NCBI GenBank assembly: GCA_025363585.1
Contig: JANYDN010000315.1
Coordinates: 1-61,758 of the forward strand
Direction: 5' to 3'
Length of the DNA stretch: 61,758 bases
DNA from: Verrucomicrobiota bacterium
GTDB lineage: Bacteria > Verrucomicrobiota > Verrucomicrobiia > Limisphaerales > UBA9464
The notes under the pieces were generated by a model. That model saw only the letters and a list, made by a program, of their open reading frames with translations. It ran no database searches and was not told the origin of the DNA. Of this stretch, positions 1 to 9,385 are shown piece by piece (position 1 is the stretch's first letter; each line of letters opens with the position of its first letter). The translations under genes were made by a program, and so were the position numbers.

Positions 1-60
1 CGGCAGGGCCGCCGTCACCCACCCAGGCTGGATCGGTCCGCGCCGTCACCCACCCATCCT
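1..60. repeat. Short dispersed repeat, family E (GCCGTCACCCACC core), two copies
   Basis: ggcagggccgccgtcacccacc at 2-23 is identical to 36581-36602. A second cgccgtcacccaccca lies at about 41-56. Confidence 0.5.
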
Positions 61-63
61 CCG

Positions 64-618
64 TCACGCGCCCTTCGCCAAGCGGTACCAGAACATCACC
101 CACACCGACAACCACAGCAGGCCGGCCGCGACCACGGCTGCGGCGAGGTCGTCGATCACCACGCCGATACCGCCGGGCAACCGCTGGAGTCGGCGGATCG
201 GCCACGGCTTCCAAACATCGAGGATTCGGAACAGCACGAACGCGCCGGCCATGAACGGCCACCACAGGCGGGCGTCACCCACGCCTGGCATCTGGCCCGT
301 GCCCAACACCCAATGGATCGCGTAGCCGCCGAAGGCGATCGGCATCGCGATGATCTCGTCGATCACGACCGACGACGGGTCGTGCTCGCCGAGGATGCGT
401 TCCGCGGCGGTGCAGGCACGGACGGCGAGCGGGATCGAGAGCGCGACGGCGACGACGTAGAACCACGGGCGTGGATACGCGAGCAGGAGGAAGGTCCACG
501 CGATGCCGACGAGCGATCCCCAGGTTCCCGGGCCGGGCCGGAGTCGTCCGGATCCGAAGCCTTGGGCGATCCACAAGAGGACGCGGTCGCGCGGGCCGGT
601 TTCCCGTGCGGCGTTCAT
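64..618 (-). CDS. pgpA: Phosphatidylglycerophosphatase A
   Basis: The C-terminal 184 aa of ORF 64..987 carries the PgpA-like motifs WIAQGFGSGRLRPGPGTWGS and VVIDEIIAMP. The internal ATG at 618 (MNAARETG) overlaps the pgsA stop by 4 nt. The upstream part of the ORF is Arg-rich shadow sequence. Confidence 0.8.
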   Translation of the reverse strand: MNAARETGPRDRVLLWIAQGFGSGRLRPGPGTWGSLVGIAWTFLLLAYPRPWFYVVAVALSIPLAVRACTAAERILGEHDPSSVVIDEIIAMPIAFGGYAIHWVLGTGQMPGVGDARLWWPFMAGAFVLFRILDVWKPWPIRRLQRLPGGIGVVIDDLAAAVVAAGLLWLSVWVMFWYRLAKGA

Positions 619-1205
619 GTATCGCTGAGGTAGACCTCGCGGTTTCGCCAGAGATAGATCCAGCCGCTGAGGATGGTGAGGATGACGGACGCCCACTTGG
701 AAACGCCGGCGACCCACCAGAGCCACGAATGCCCGGCGAAACCCCACCCGAAGATCGCGATGCCCACCGATCCCCATTGCTCGTAACTCAGCAGGAGAAG
801 GATGGCGATGATCGCGGTCATCTGGGAGATCGTCTTGTGTTTGCCGAAGCCCTCGGCGGCAAGGATGACGTTGCGCGAGACGGCGAGCAGGCGGAGTCCG
901 GTGATGGCGAGTTCGCGGGACACGATGACGACGACCATCCAAGCCTCGAATTGGCCGAGCTCGACGAACGCGATCAACGCGGAGCACGCGAGGATCTTGT
1001 CCGCCAGGGGATCCATGAGGATCCCGAAGTTGGTGATCAGCTTGCGTTGCCGGGCGATGCGACCGTCGAGGGCATCGGTGATGGCCGCGGCGGTGAAGAG
1101 GACGAGCGCGACGGTTTCGTTGTAGGGAAACCGGGCGAAGATCGCGCCGAGGAAGAATCCGGTCAGGACGAATCGCGAGACCGTGAGCTTGTTGGGAAGA
1201 TTCAC
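615..1205 (-). CDS. pgsA: CDP-diacylglycerol--glycerol-3-phosphate 3-phosphatidyltransferase
   Basis: CDP-alcohol phosphatidyltransferase motif DALDGRIARQRKLITNFGILMDPLADK. Multiple TM helices. 196 aa. Confidence 0.9.
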   Translation of the reverse strand: MNLPNKLTVSRFVLTGFFLGAIFARFPYNETVALVLFTAAAITDALDGRIARQRKLITNFGILMDPLADKILACSALIAFVELGQFEAWMVVVIVSRELAITGLRLLAVSRNVILAAEGFGKHKTISQMTAIIAILLLLSYEQWGSVGIAIFGWGFAGHSWLWWVAGVSKWASVILTILSGWIYLWRNREVYLSDT

Positions 1206-1218
1206 GCGCCGGATGCGG

Positions 1219-1812
1219 TCAACGGGCGGCGGCGGATGCGGCCGGTGCGGCGTGGTCTTCGGGAGCCGGCGGAGCCTTGTGGACGAAGGCGAGGGCGCCG
1301 ACGGCGATGCCGGCGACGGCGACGGCGATGCCGATGCGGATGAAGACGCGCGACTCGGTCAGGAGCGTGAGCGAACAGAGCACGACGGCGACCTGAAGGA
1401 GGATTTCCGAATGGTCGAAGCCCTCGTTGCGGGCGCCCGAGAGCTGGGCTTCCCGCGCGAGATGCTTGGCTTCGGTCTGGATCTTTTCGCCTTCTCCCGC
1501 GTACTCGGCGTTCTTTTTGGCCAGTTCCGCGGAGAAGCGGCGAAGGGCATCGCCCTGCGCCGGGGTGGGGTTGCCGGCGAGCTCGATCTCGATGCGACGG
1601 ATCTCGGTCTCGTTGGCGTGCTCGCGCAGGCGCTTGGATTGGTACCACGAGAACGCGTTCGAGGATTTCACCTCGTCGACGATCATGTCGTTCGCGGCGT
1701 TGTGCCCGAGGGCGCTGACGATGGACATGAGCACGGCGATGATCGCGATGACGATCCCGATTTGTTTTTCGCCCTTCTTGCCCTCGCCGTGTGGAATCTC
1801 GATCTCTGCCAT
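1219..1812 (-). CDS. DUF4337-like membrane-anchored protein
   Basis: Start MAEIEIPHGEGKK at 1812. Coiled region with FSWYQSKRLREH, resembling the DUF4337 WAFYQAK motif. C-terminal TM helices. Confidence 0.6.
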   Translation of the reverse strand: MAEIEIPHGEGKKGEKQIGIVIAIIAVLMSIVSALGHNAANDMIVDEVKSSNAFSWYQSKRLREHANETEIRRIEIELAGNPTPAQGDALRRFSAELAKKNAEYAGEGEKIQTEAKHLAREAQLSGARNEGFDHSEILLQVAVVLCSLTLLTESRVFIRIGIAVAVAGIAVGALAFVHKAPPAPEDHAAPAASAAAR

Positions 1813-2063
1813 GGTGTGGATGACGTGACGTCGCGGGAAACCTACGGAGAGCCCGGGCAAAGGGGAAGGATGGCGTTAAAAAGGGGACGTCCCGGCTGCC
1901 CGATCGGCGCCGTCCCGGTTCGGTGCGTTGGACCGCGGGCCGGGGGAAGACAACGGAATCGGGCGGGGACGCCCGAGCCTTGCGCAGCCGGGGACGGCCG
2001 CTCCACGCCTTGCCACGCAAGTCCGGGGATTGTCGCGGGTGCGTCCACGACTATCGTGGGCGC

Positions 2064-3365
2064 ATGCACTCGCCCAAGCTCTCGCGCCGTCGGTTTGCGG
2101 TGGGATTGGCCGCGACCGCAGCCGGCGCGAGGCGCGTGCTCGCGGCGCGGCCGAACGCGGAGTTTAGGTCGGAGGCGGAATCCGTGCGGCGGGACCTCGG
2201 GAAGCGCGTGCTGCCGTACTGGCACGACACGGCGGTGGATTGGATCGGCGGGGGCTATGCGTTGAACGACGACGCGGTGCGCGGGCGGGCGAAGCCGTTG
2301 GAGAAACAGATCGTGACGCAGGCGCGGATGGTCTGGGGATTCTCGCTGGCATTCCGGAAGGGACTTTCGGATCCGATGCACGACTACCGGAAGGCGGCGG
2401 GACACGGGGTCGAGTTCCTGCGCACCCGGATGCGCGATCCCGAACATGGCGGGTACTATTTTGCGGTGACGCCGGACGGGTCGACGGCGACGAACCCGCG
2501 GAAGCTCCTCTACGGGCAGGCATTCGTGATCCACGGGTTGATCGAGTACTACCGTGCGACGCGCGACCGGACGGTGTTGAAGGAGGCGATGGAGCTTTTC
2601 CGGTGGGTGCAGGACAAGGCGCACGACGCGAAAAACCGCGGGTGGAACGAGCATTTCGAACGGGATTGGATGCCGGTCCGCGCGGACGACGCGAATCCGA
2701 TCGTGGAATTGGCCGGCCATAAGAGCGCGAACACGCACCTGCACCTGATGGAGGCGTTCACGGAGCTGTATGCGGAGACGCATGACGGCGCGGTGCGCAC
2801 GGCGTTGCTGGAGACGATCGACCTTAACCGGGTCCATTTTTATCCGGGCGATCCGGCGAAGTCCGCGCTCCACTTCCACCCGGATTGGCAGCCGTCGACC
2901 GATCCGCGGAGCGCGGGTGTGAGCTACGGGCACAACGTCGAGTTCGCGTGGCTGATGATGCGGGCGACGGAGACGCTCTCGATCCGATCGGATTGGGTCC
3001 ACTTCCACGCGCATCTCGAGCATGCGTTGCGCTGCGGCACCGACCACGCGCGCGGCGGTGTCTTCCACCGTGGATTCGGGAACGATCCGGCGGTGGACAC
3101 CGACAAGGTGTGGTGGGTGCAGGCGGAGATGATCGCGGCGCTGGTGGACGGATTGCGCAACCGGCCCGACGACGAGGCGTACACCAAGGCACTGCGGCAA
3201 CTGTTGGAATTCACGACGCGATACCAGACCGATCCGAAGACCGGGATCTGGATGGACACGGTGGCGGCGGACGGGACGCCGAAGTCCACGGGACTCGCGC
3301 ACTCGTGGAAGGCCAATTACCACGACGTGCGCGCGCTGATGCGGTTCGCGGAAGCGATGGATTGA
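2064..3365 (+). CDS. N-acylglucosamine 2-epimerase (AGE) superfamily isomerase/epimerase, Tat-exported
   Basis: Twin-arginine leader MHSPKLSRRRFAVGLAATAAG. AGE-family (alpha/alpha)6 signatures: QARMVWGFS, YGQAFVIHGL, ANTHLHLMEAF, GHNVEFAWL, WWVQAE. Confidence 0.7.
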   Translation: MHSPKLSRRRFAVGLAATAAGARRVLAARPNAEFRSEAESVRRDLGKRVLPYWHDTAVDWIGGGYALNDDAVRGRAKPLEKQIVTQARMVWGFSLAFRKGLSDPMHDYRKAAGHGVEFLRTRMRDPEHGGYYFAVTPDGSTATNPRKLLYGQAFVIHGLIEYYRATRDRTVLKEAMELFRWVQDKAHDAKNRGWNEHFERDWMPVRADDANPIVELAGHKSANTHLHLMEAFTELYAETHDGAVRTALLETIDLNRVHFYPGDPAKSALHFHPDWQPSTDPRSAGVSYGHNVEFAWLMMRATETLSIRSDWVHFHAHLEHALRCGTDHARGGVFHRGFGNDPAVDTDKVWWVQAEMIAALVDGLRNRPDDEAYTKALRQLLEFTTRYQTDPKTGIWMDTVAADGTPKSTGLAHSWKANYHDVRALMRFAEAMD

Positions 3366-3826
3366 CCGGAGAACGCGGCGTGCCATCGCACCCTTTCCCG
3401 GGTGCGAAGCCCTTTTGAGCACCCACAATGCAAATATTTTCGCAAGAATCCGACGCTTTCCATTGTATTGCGTGCTAGCAGTTTGCGTCGTTTGTCAGGA
3501 TTCGGATGACACCGGGTCTAGAAAAAGCACGGCAAAGGTTTCAGTGGAATCGGGCGTGACGGAACAGGTACATGATGCGTGTCCCATAAGGATGGTCACT
3601 GCCGAAGTGGTCGAGACCGCGGTGTTCGTTCCCCCCAGGGCCGACAAGCCCAGAACGAGCGCCCGGCGAGACGCGAGGCAGGGATCCCGCCCCAAGGAAG
3701 GTCGGACCGAGTTCCCCCAATTCCCGCCGACGCGGGAAGATTCGGACCGGATTTCCGCAAGGCGGCGACAGCAACACAGCCGGAAGTTTCCCCCGGGGAA
3801 GCAGCCGGCGGACGAATAGAAAAGCA

Positions 3827-6127
3827 ATGAACTCCTCGTTCCCCAAGCGGGTCGGCGCGCTCCTGGCCGCCGTCCTGTCGATGCAAGTCGGATTCGGCCT
3901 ATCGGCGAGTCCGAACAATCCAGGGTTCCACGGACATACCGAGGGTCCGGATCTCCACCTGGGCGGCGTGACCAGCGGTCGCGACGCGGTGAATGCGCTC
4001 GGCGGGAATCTGGGCGAGGTCGCCCGGCGGCATGGGCTCGATGGCTCGCAGTTGGCTCTACGGCTCGCGACGGATCCGGCCCTGCACGTGGATCGCTCGG
4101 GTCACCTGCTGTACGGGTGCGACGGGGTTGCCACGCGGGCTCCCAAGGCGGCCGCGGGCGCAAAGACACTCGGCGGGGCGACCGCGGGCGTCGCGCCCCA
4201 GCCCTTGGCGAACACGTTCCTCCTTCACAGTCTGCCGGCCTCGACCCTGAAGGTGTTCCTTGATTTCGACGGCAACACGACCGCCGGCACGTTGTGGAAC
4301 AATTCGTTCACCCGCGGCACGCCGATCGTCACGCCGCCGTTCGACCTCGATGGCAATCCGGCCGCCTTTAGCGACGCGGAATTGACCCGGATCCAACTGA
4401 TCTGGCAACGGGTCGCGGAAGACTACGCGGTGTTCGGCGTGGACGTGACCACCGAGGATCCGGGCGTCGAAGGTCTCCGGAGGACGTCAAACACCGACAC
4501 GGCGTACGGCATCCACGTGTGCATCGGCGGCAGCAGCACGGATTGGTACGGGTCGGCCGGCGGCGTTTCGTTCGTGGGCAGCTTTGATTGGAGTTCGGAC
4601 ACCCCGAATTTCGTGTTTCCCGCGCAGCTCGGCGGCGGTGACGAGAAGTACACGGCCGAGGCGATCGCGCACGAGGTCGGGCATTCCTTCAACCTGAACC
4701 ACGACGGCCAGTCGCCATCGACGGAATACTACGCCGGCCAGGGCGTGGCCCCGATGACGTGGGCGCCGATCATGGGCGTCTCGTACTACGCGAACATCAC
4801 CCAGTTCAGCAAAGGCGAGTACACGGGCGCGAACAACACCGAGGACGACCTCGCCAAGATCGCCGGGTACGTCGGGTATCGGGCGGATGACTTCGGCGAC
4901 ACCATGGCGACCGCGACGTTGCTGCCGGCCGGCGCGACGCTCTCGGCTTCCGGAATCATCTCGGGCCAGACCGACGTGGACGTGATCGCGTTCACGACCG
5001 GCGCCGGGGTGATCAACCTGAACCTGACGAGCGGCACGGAGGACGCGGATCTCGACCTTTCGGTGGAACTGCGCGACTCGACGGGCGCGTTGATCGGGGC
5101 GAGCAATCCCGCCTCGTCGCTCGGCGCCGCGTTCGTCCTCACGGTTCCCGCGGGGACCTATTATCTCTTCATCAGCGGCGCCGGGTATCTCGAGCCCCTG
5201 TTGCTGGGCTATTCTTCCTACGGCTCGATCGGGACCTACCAGCTCACGGGCACGGTCCCGAATCCGTCCGGCGGCATCGCCCCGATCGCGGTCGCGACGG
5301 CGAACCCGACGGCCGGCGTCGCCCCGCTGACGGTAACCTTCACCGGCACGGCGTCCTCGGATCCCGACGGCTTCATCACCTCGTACGCATGGAGTTTCAG
5401 CGATGGCTCCGTCGCCACGGGCGCCACGGTGACCAAGACCCTGACGACCGCGGGCAATTGGTTGGCGACGTTGAAAGTCACCGACAACAGCGGCTTGAGC
5501 TCGTCGGCGGGGGTGGTGGTGTCCGTGTCGGCGCCGGTGCCGAACCTGCCGCCCGTCGCGTCGTTCACCGCCACGCCGAGCTCCGGCTACGGCCCGCTCA
5601 CGGTGGCGTTCGATGCCTCGTCCTCGTCCGATCCCGATGGCACGATCGCGACCTACGCTTGGAATTACGGCGACGGCACGACGGGCACCGGCAAGACGAC
5701 TTCGCATGTGTACACGGCACTTGGCACGTTCACCTCGTTGCTCACGGTCACCGACAACAAGGGCCTGAAGTCGAGCGTGAGCATCCCGATCGCCGTGCTG
5801 CAGGATCCGACGAAGATCATCCGCGTCCAATCGATCGTTTTGTCGGTCGCTGCTGGACGCGCCAAGTCGCTGGTCAAGGTCACCGACCTTGCGGGCAATC
5901 CAGTGTCGCTGGCGAGTGTGGGCGGCAAGTGGTCGGGTGCCTCCAACGGCAATGTGTCGGCGACCACCGATGCCACCGGCGTCGCGACGCTGACCACGTC
6001 GGGTTCCCTGAAGACGGGTACCCTGACCTTCACGGTGACATCCGTTGGCAAGAGCGGCGTCACGTACGACGCGACCAAGAACATCGTCACCAGCACCTCG
6101 ATCCAGGCCGCGCCGACGGCGCACTGA
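3827..6127 (+). CDS. Secreted zinc metalloprotease (reprolysin/M12B-like HExxHxxGxxHD) with PPC domain, two PKD domains and a Big-like tail
   Basis: N-terminal signal peptide. Motif HEVGHSFNLNHDG. Pre-peptidase C-terminal-like DDFGDT...DVDVIAFT...YYLFISG. Two PKD repeats (DPDG.I.SYAW.F.DG...VTDN.GL.S). Confidence 0.8.
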   Translation: MNSSFPKRVGALLAAVLSMQVGFGLSASPNNPGFHGHTEGPDLHLGGVTSGRDAVNALGGNLGEVARRHGLDGSQLALRLATDPALHVDRSGHLLYGCDGVATRAPKAAAGAKTLGGATAGVAPQPLANTFLLHSLPASTLKVFLDFDGNTTAGTLWNNSFTRGTPIVTPPFDLDGNPAAFSDAELTRIQLIWQRVAEDYAVFGVDVTTEDPGVEGLRRTSNTDTAYGIHVCIGGSSTDWYGSAGGVSFVGSFDWSSDTPNFVFPAQLGGGDEKYTAEAIAHEVGHSFNLNHDGQSPSTEYYAGQGVAPMTWAPIMGVSYYANITQFSKGEYTGANNTEDDLAKIAGYVGYRADDFGDTMATATLLPAGATLSASGIISGQTDVDVIAFTTGAGVINLNLTSGTEDADLDLSVELRDSTGALIGASNPASSLGAAFVLTVPAGTYYLFISGAGYLEPLLLGYSSYGSIGTYQLTGTVPNPSGGIAPIAVATANPTAGVAPLTVTFTGTASSDPDGFITSYAWSFSDGSVATGATVTKTLTTAGNWLATLKVTDNSGLSSSAGVVVSVSAPVPNLPPVASFTATPSSGYGPLTVAFDASSSSDPDGTIATYAWNYGDGTTGTGKTTSHVYTALGTFTSLLTVTDNKGLKSSVSIPIAVLQDPTKIIRVQSIVLSVAAGRAKSLVKVTDLAGNPVSLASVGGKWSGASNGNVSATTDATGVATLTTSGSLKTGTLTFTVTSVGKSGVTYDATKNIVTSTSIQAAPTAH

Positions 6128-6154
6128 TCGCGGCGGGCGGGACTTCGTTTCGAA

Positions 6155-6190
6155 GGGCGGCGCGGATGGATCATCCCGCCGCCCTTTTCC
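6155..6190 (+). terminator. Rho-independent terminator after the metalloprotease gene
   Basis: gggcggcg ... cgccgccc stem followed by ttttcc, 28 nt after the stop codon. Confidence 0.55.
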
Positions 6191-6232
6191 GTTCCGCGCG
6201 CGGCCCCGAGCGCGCTACGTTGCCGCCGTCCC

Positions 6233-7732
6233 ATGGCTTTCCTGACGTTCCACGGCATCAGCAAACGATTCCCCGGCGTGCTCGCGCTTGATGGCGTCGG
6301 ATTCGAGGTGAAGCGTGGAAGTTGCCACGCGTTGATGGGCGAGAACGGTGCCGGCAAGAGCACGCTCGGGAAAATCCTCGCCGGCGTGCATACCGCGGAT
6401 GCCGGGGAGATCCGGCTCGAGGGCGCGCCCATCGCCGCGCCCGATCCGCTCGCGGCGCGACGCCAGGGAATCGCGATGGTCCACCAGGAACTGGCCTTCT
6501 GCCCGAACCTTTCCATCGCCGAGAACCTTTGCCTCGGCGAGCTCCCGAATCGCGGGGGATGGGTCGATCGCGATCGCATGCGCGCGATCGCCCGCGACCG
6601 GCTCCGGCAGATTGGCGCCGACTTCGACGTGGATCTTCCCATCGGCGAGCTTTCCACGGGCCAGGAACAACTCGTGCAGATCGCCGCCGCCGTGGGCACG
6701 GGCGCGAGGATCGTCGTGATGGACGAGCCCACGAGTTCGTTGTCGGTCGCCGAAAGCGAACACCTCTTCGGGCTGCTCTCTGAACTCCGTTCCCGCGGCA
6801 TCACGATCCTCTACGTCTCGCACCGCATGGACGAGATCTTCCGCCTGTGCGACACCATCACGGTGCTGCGCGACGGGCGTCACGTGTCGACCGTGCCCGC
6901 GTCGGAGACGAATCCGGAGCGCGTGATCCACGAGATGATCGGGCGCGACGTGGAAGCGCACGATCCCGCGCACCTGAAGGGCGAACTCGGCGAGGAAGTG
7001 CTGCGGGTCGAGAATTTTTCGTCGCCGGGAAAATTCTCCGGCATCTCGTTGTCACTGCGCCGGGGCGAGGTGCTGGGATTCGCCGGCCTCGTCGGTGCGG
7101 GACGCAGCGAGGTCGCGCAGGCCATCTTCGGTCTCGATCCCAACGCGACCGGTTCCGTCTTCGTCCATGGACGGCCGTTGCCTCCGGCCGACGTCCAGGC
7201 CGCGTTGGCAGCGGGGATCGGGTTGTTGCCGGAGGATCGGAAACGACTGGGCTTGGTGCTCTCGATGAATTGCCGCGAGAACACGTCGCTCGCCGCGCTG
7301 CCCCGCATCAGTCGCGCGGGAATCGTCGACCGCAAGGCCGAGCGCGCGATGGCCGGCGAGTATTGCGACCGGTTGCGCGTGAAAACGCCCGGGCTCGAGT
7401 CGGGCATCGCGGGATTGTCCGGCGGCAACCAACAAAAAATCGCGCTCGCGAAGTGGCTTGCGAGGCGCTGTGACATTCTGATCGTGGACGAGCCGACGCG
7501 GGGCGTCGATGTCGGTGCGAAGTCGGAGATCCACCGGTTGCTCGACGAGTTGGCCTGCCAAGGACTCGCGATCCTGGTGATCTCGAGCGAGCTCCCGGAA
7601 GTGATGAATCTCAGCCGTCGCATCATGGTGTTGCGCGAGGGCCGCCGGATGGGCGAGTTGGCTCGCGCGGAGTTCACGCAGGCTCGGCTCATGCGCCTGA
7701 TGGCTGGGATCCGGGAAGAGGAAACGGCATGA
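6233..7732 (+). CDS. Sugar-type ABC transporter ATP-binding protein with duplicated ATPase domains
   Basis: Walker A GENGAGKST. Signatures LSTGQEQ and LSGGNQQK. Two ABC cassettes as in RbsA/MglA/XylG-type proteins. No permease or binding-protein gene is adjacent. Confidence 0.85.
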   Translation: MAFLTFHGISKRFPGVLALDGVGFEVKRGSCHALMGENGAGKSTLGKILAGVHTADAGEIRLEGAPIAAPDPLAARRQGIAMVHQELAFCPNLSIAENLCLGELPNRGGWVDRDRMRAIARDRLRQIGADFDVDLPIGELSTGQEQLVQIAAAVGTGARIVVMDEPTSSLSVAESEHLFGLLSELRSRGITILYVSHRMDEIFRLCDTITVLRDGRHVSTVPASETNPERVIHEMIGRDVEAHDPAHLKGELGEEVLRVENFSSPGKFSGISLSLRRGEVLGFAGLVGAGRSEVAQAIFGLDPNATGSVFVHGRPLPPADVQAALAAGIGLLPEDRKRLGLVLSMNCRENTSLAALPRISRAGIVDRKAERAMAGEYCDRLRVKTPGLESGIAGLSGGNQQKIALAKWLARRCDILIVDEPTRGVDVGAKSEIHRLLDELACQGLAILVISSELPEVMNLSRRIMVLREGRRMGELARAEFTQARLMRLMAGIREEETA

Positions 7733-8208
7733 AGGCTGCAGACTTGGGGCACGCGGACGGAAGCGACGCGGCGGGACTCGTCGAACGTCTCCGACGCTTG
7801 CGCGACCCGCAGGCGCGCCTCCAGCTCGCCGTCGATCTGGCGCGGACGCGGTCCGGATTGCCGGAGGCGCTGCGCATCGACGCGCACCGCGTGCACGGCT
7901 GTCTCGTGCGGCTGTGGGTCGTGGGCGCGATGCAAGAGGGTCGTTGTTGGTTTGCCGTGGATTCGGATGCGGTGTCGCTCAAGGCAATCGTCGGACTCCT
8001 GTGCGATCTCAATTCCGGTCTGCGGCCGGACGAGATCGACGAGAATCCCGCTGCGGTGCTGGAGGAATTGGGTTTGCTGCGCCAGCTCGCGGAGAGCCGT
8101 CGCGCGACGATCCTGAGGGTTGCGGCAACGCTTCGTTCCGTCGCGGTCGGCGCGAACGAGACGCAAGCCGCGGGTCACCACGCGATCAAGGTCCCCAAGG
8201 CGCGATGA
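7729..8208 (+). CDS. SufE-like sulfur acceptor protein
   Basis: ATGA overlap with the ABC gene stop. SufE-type motif RVHGCLVRLWVV around the conserved Cys, and a C-terminal SRRATILRV-like segment. Confidence 0.6.
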   Translation: MKAADLGHADGSDAAGLVERLRRLRDPQARLQLAVDLARTRSGLPEALRIDAHRVHGCLVRLWVVGAMQEGRCWFAVDSDAVSLKAIVGLLCDLNSGLRPDEIDENPAAVLEELGLLRQLAESRRATILRVAATLRSVAVGANETQAAGHHAIKVPKAR

Positions 8209-9059
8209 ACTTCCACGACGCCCACAACCATCTTCAGGACGATCGGTTCGGCGGACGCCAGGACACGTTGTTGCGCGAGGCTGCCGAGGCCGGTGTCGCG
8301 CGCATGGTGGTGAATGGTTCGTGCGAGGAGGATTGGCCGGCGGTCGCGGCGCTTGCGGAACTGCATCCCGACCGCGTGATACCGGCGTTCGGTTACCATC
8401 CGTGGTACCTGCATGAGCGCTCGCGCGGTTGGCACGAGGTGCTCGAGGGTTGGTTGGCCGGGCATCCGGAAGCCGTCCTGGGCGAGATCGGTTTGGACCG
8501 TTGGATCCTGGATCAATCGAGGTCGGCACGGGCGCGGCACAACCCGGCGCTGGCGGAAATCGAACCGGCGTCGTTCGCGATCCAGGAAGAAGTGTTCGTC
8601 TGGCAGTTGCGATTCGCGGCGGAACGCAATTTGCCCGTCACCATCCATTGCCTCCAGGCTTGGGGAAGAATGCTGGAATTGCTCCGTGCGAACCCGCGTC
8701 CGGAAGTTGGATTCCTTCTCCACAGTTACGGCGGGCCGGCGGAGATGATCGGTGGATTGGCGAAGCTGGGCGCGTATTTCGGTTTCCCCGGATACTTCGC
8801 GCACGAGCGGAAATCGCGGCAGTTCGAGGTGTTCCGGCAAGTTCCGCTGGACCGGTTGTTGGTGGAGACCGACGCGCCGGATCAAATGCCGCCGGACCGA
8901 CTCGTCACGCACCGTTTGGCAACGGTCGACGGAACGACGGCGTTGAACCACCCGGCGAATCTCGGGGCGATTCAGAATTTTCTCGCGGGCAAGCTGGGCA
9001 TCGAGACGGGTGAATTCGCCGCGCGGATCGCGGAGAATTTCGGGCGGTTGTTTGGGTGA
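8205..9059 (+). CDS. tatD: TatD-family metal-dependent hydrolase
   Basis: ATGA overlap with the SufE-like stop. N-terminal FHDAHNHL, plus the motifs EIGLD, VTIHC and VETDAP. Confidence 0.85.
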   Translation: MNFHDAHNHLQDDRFGGRQDTLLREAAEAGVARMVVNGSCEEDWPAVAALAELHPDRVIPAFGYHPWYLHERSRGWHEVLEGWLAGHPEAVLGEIGLDRWILDQSRSARARHNPALAEIEPASFAIQEEVFVWQLRFAAERNLPVTIHCLQAWGRMLELLRANPRPEVGFLLHSYGGPAEMIGGLAKLGAYFGFPGYFAHERKSRQFEVFRQVPLDRLLVETDAPDQMPPDRLVTHRLATVDGTTALNHPANLGAIQNFLAGKLGIETGEFAARIAENFGRLFG

Positions 9060-9125
9060 GCGCAGGCGGGGACGCCCGCGCTACGATCCACCGCGTCACC
9101 GCGTCGGCCACGGGACGCCCGCGCC
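9060..9125. repeat. REP-like element, family A (GGACGCCCGC core)
   Basis: gcgcaggcggggacgcccgcgctac (9060-9084) is the exact reverse complement of 38719-38743. A second gggacgcccgcgcc lies at about 9110. Confidence 0.7.
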
Positions 9126-9385
9126 ACGGCCGAGGCCGGGCTTGACCGCGCGCCGGACTTTCGGCACTCAGTCCTGGTCATGAATCGTCCCGCTGCCCTT
9201 TGTGCCGCCCGGATCGTCGCTGTCGCGACGGCCCGAGCCTCGGCCTTGGCAGCGGCTGCCGCCTCGGCCGCGGCCTGATCGGCCGCGTCCCGTTCGTGAC
9301 CCGGAAATGGTCCGGCGCGCACTTCGGGATTCCCCGCACCCTCTTCCTTTGGTTCCAATCACCGTCCGTCACGCACTCGAATCGT

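Noticed and set aside
3780-3815. A GGAAGCAGCC string resembling the SRP (4.5S) RNA domain IV consensus.
   Set aside because: The flanking sequence lacks the GGUCCGGAAGGAAGCAGCC context and a complementary 5' strand. It lies 15 nt before the protease start codon, so it is more likely a leader hairpin.
3415-3819. A 134-aa ORF filling the gap upstream of the metalloprotease.
   Set aside because: Its composition is atypical for this genome's genes (AT-rich start, Arg-rich tail). It has no motifs and is more consistent with non-coding leader DNA.
8972-9358. A minus-strand ORF (MEPKEEGAGNPE...AAAEAAAAAKAEARA...) in the tatD/aminotransferase spacer.
   Set aside because: It runs through a family A REP unit and into the tatD 3' end. 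It is low complexity with no recognisable family or ribosome-binding context.
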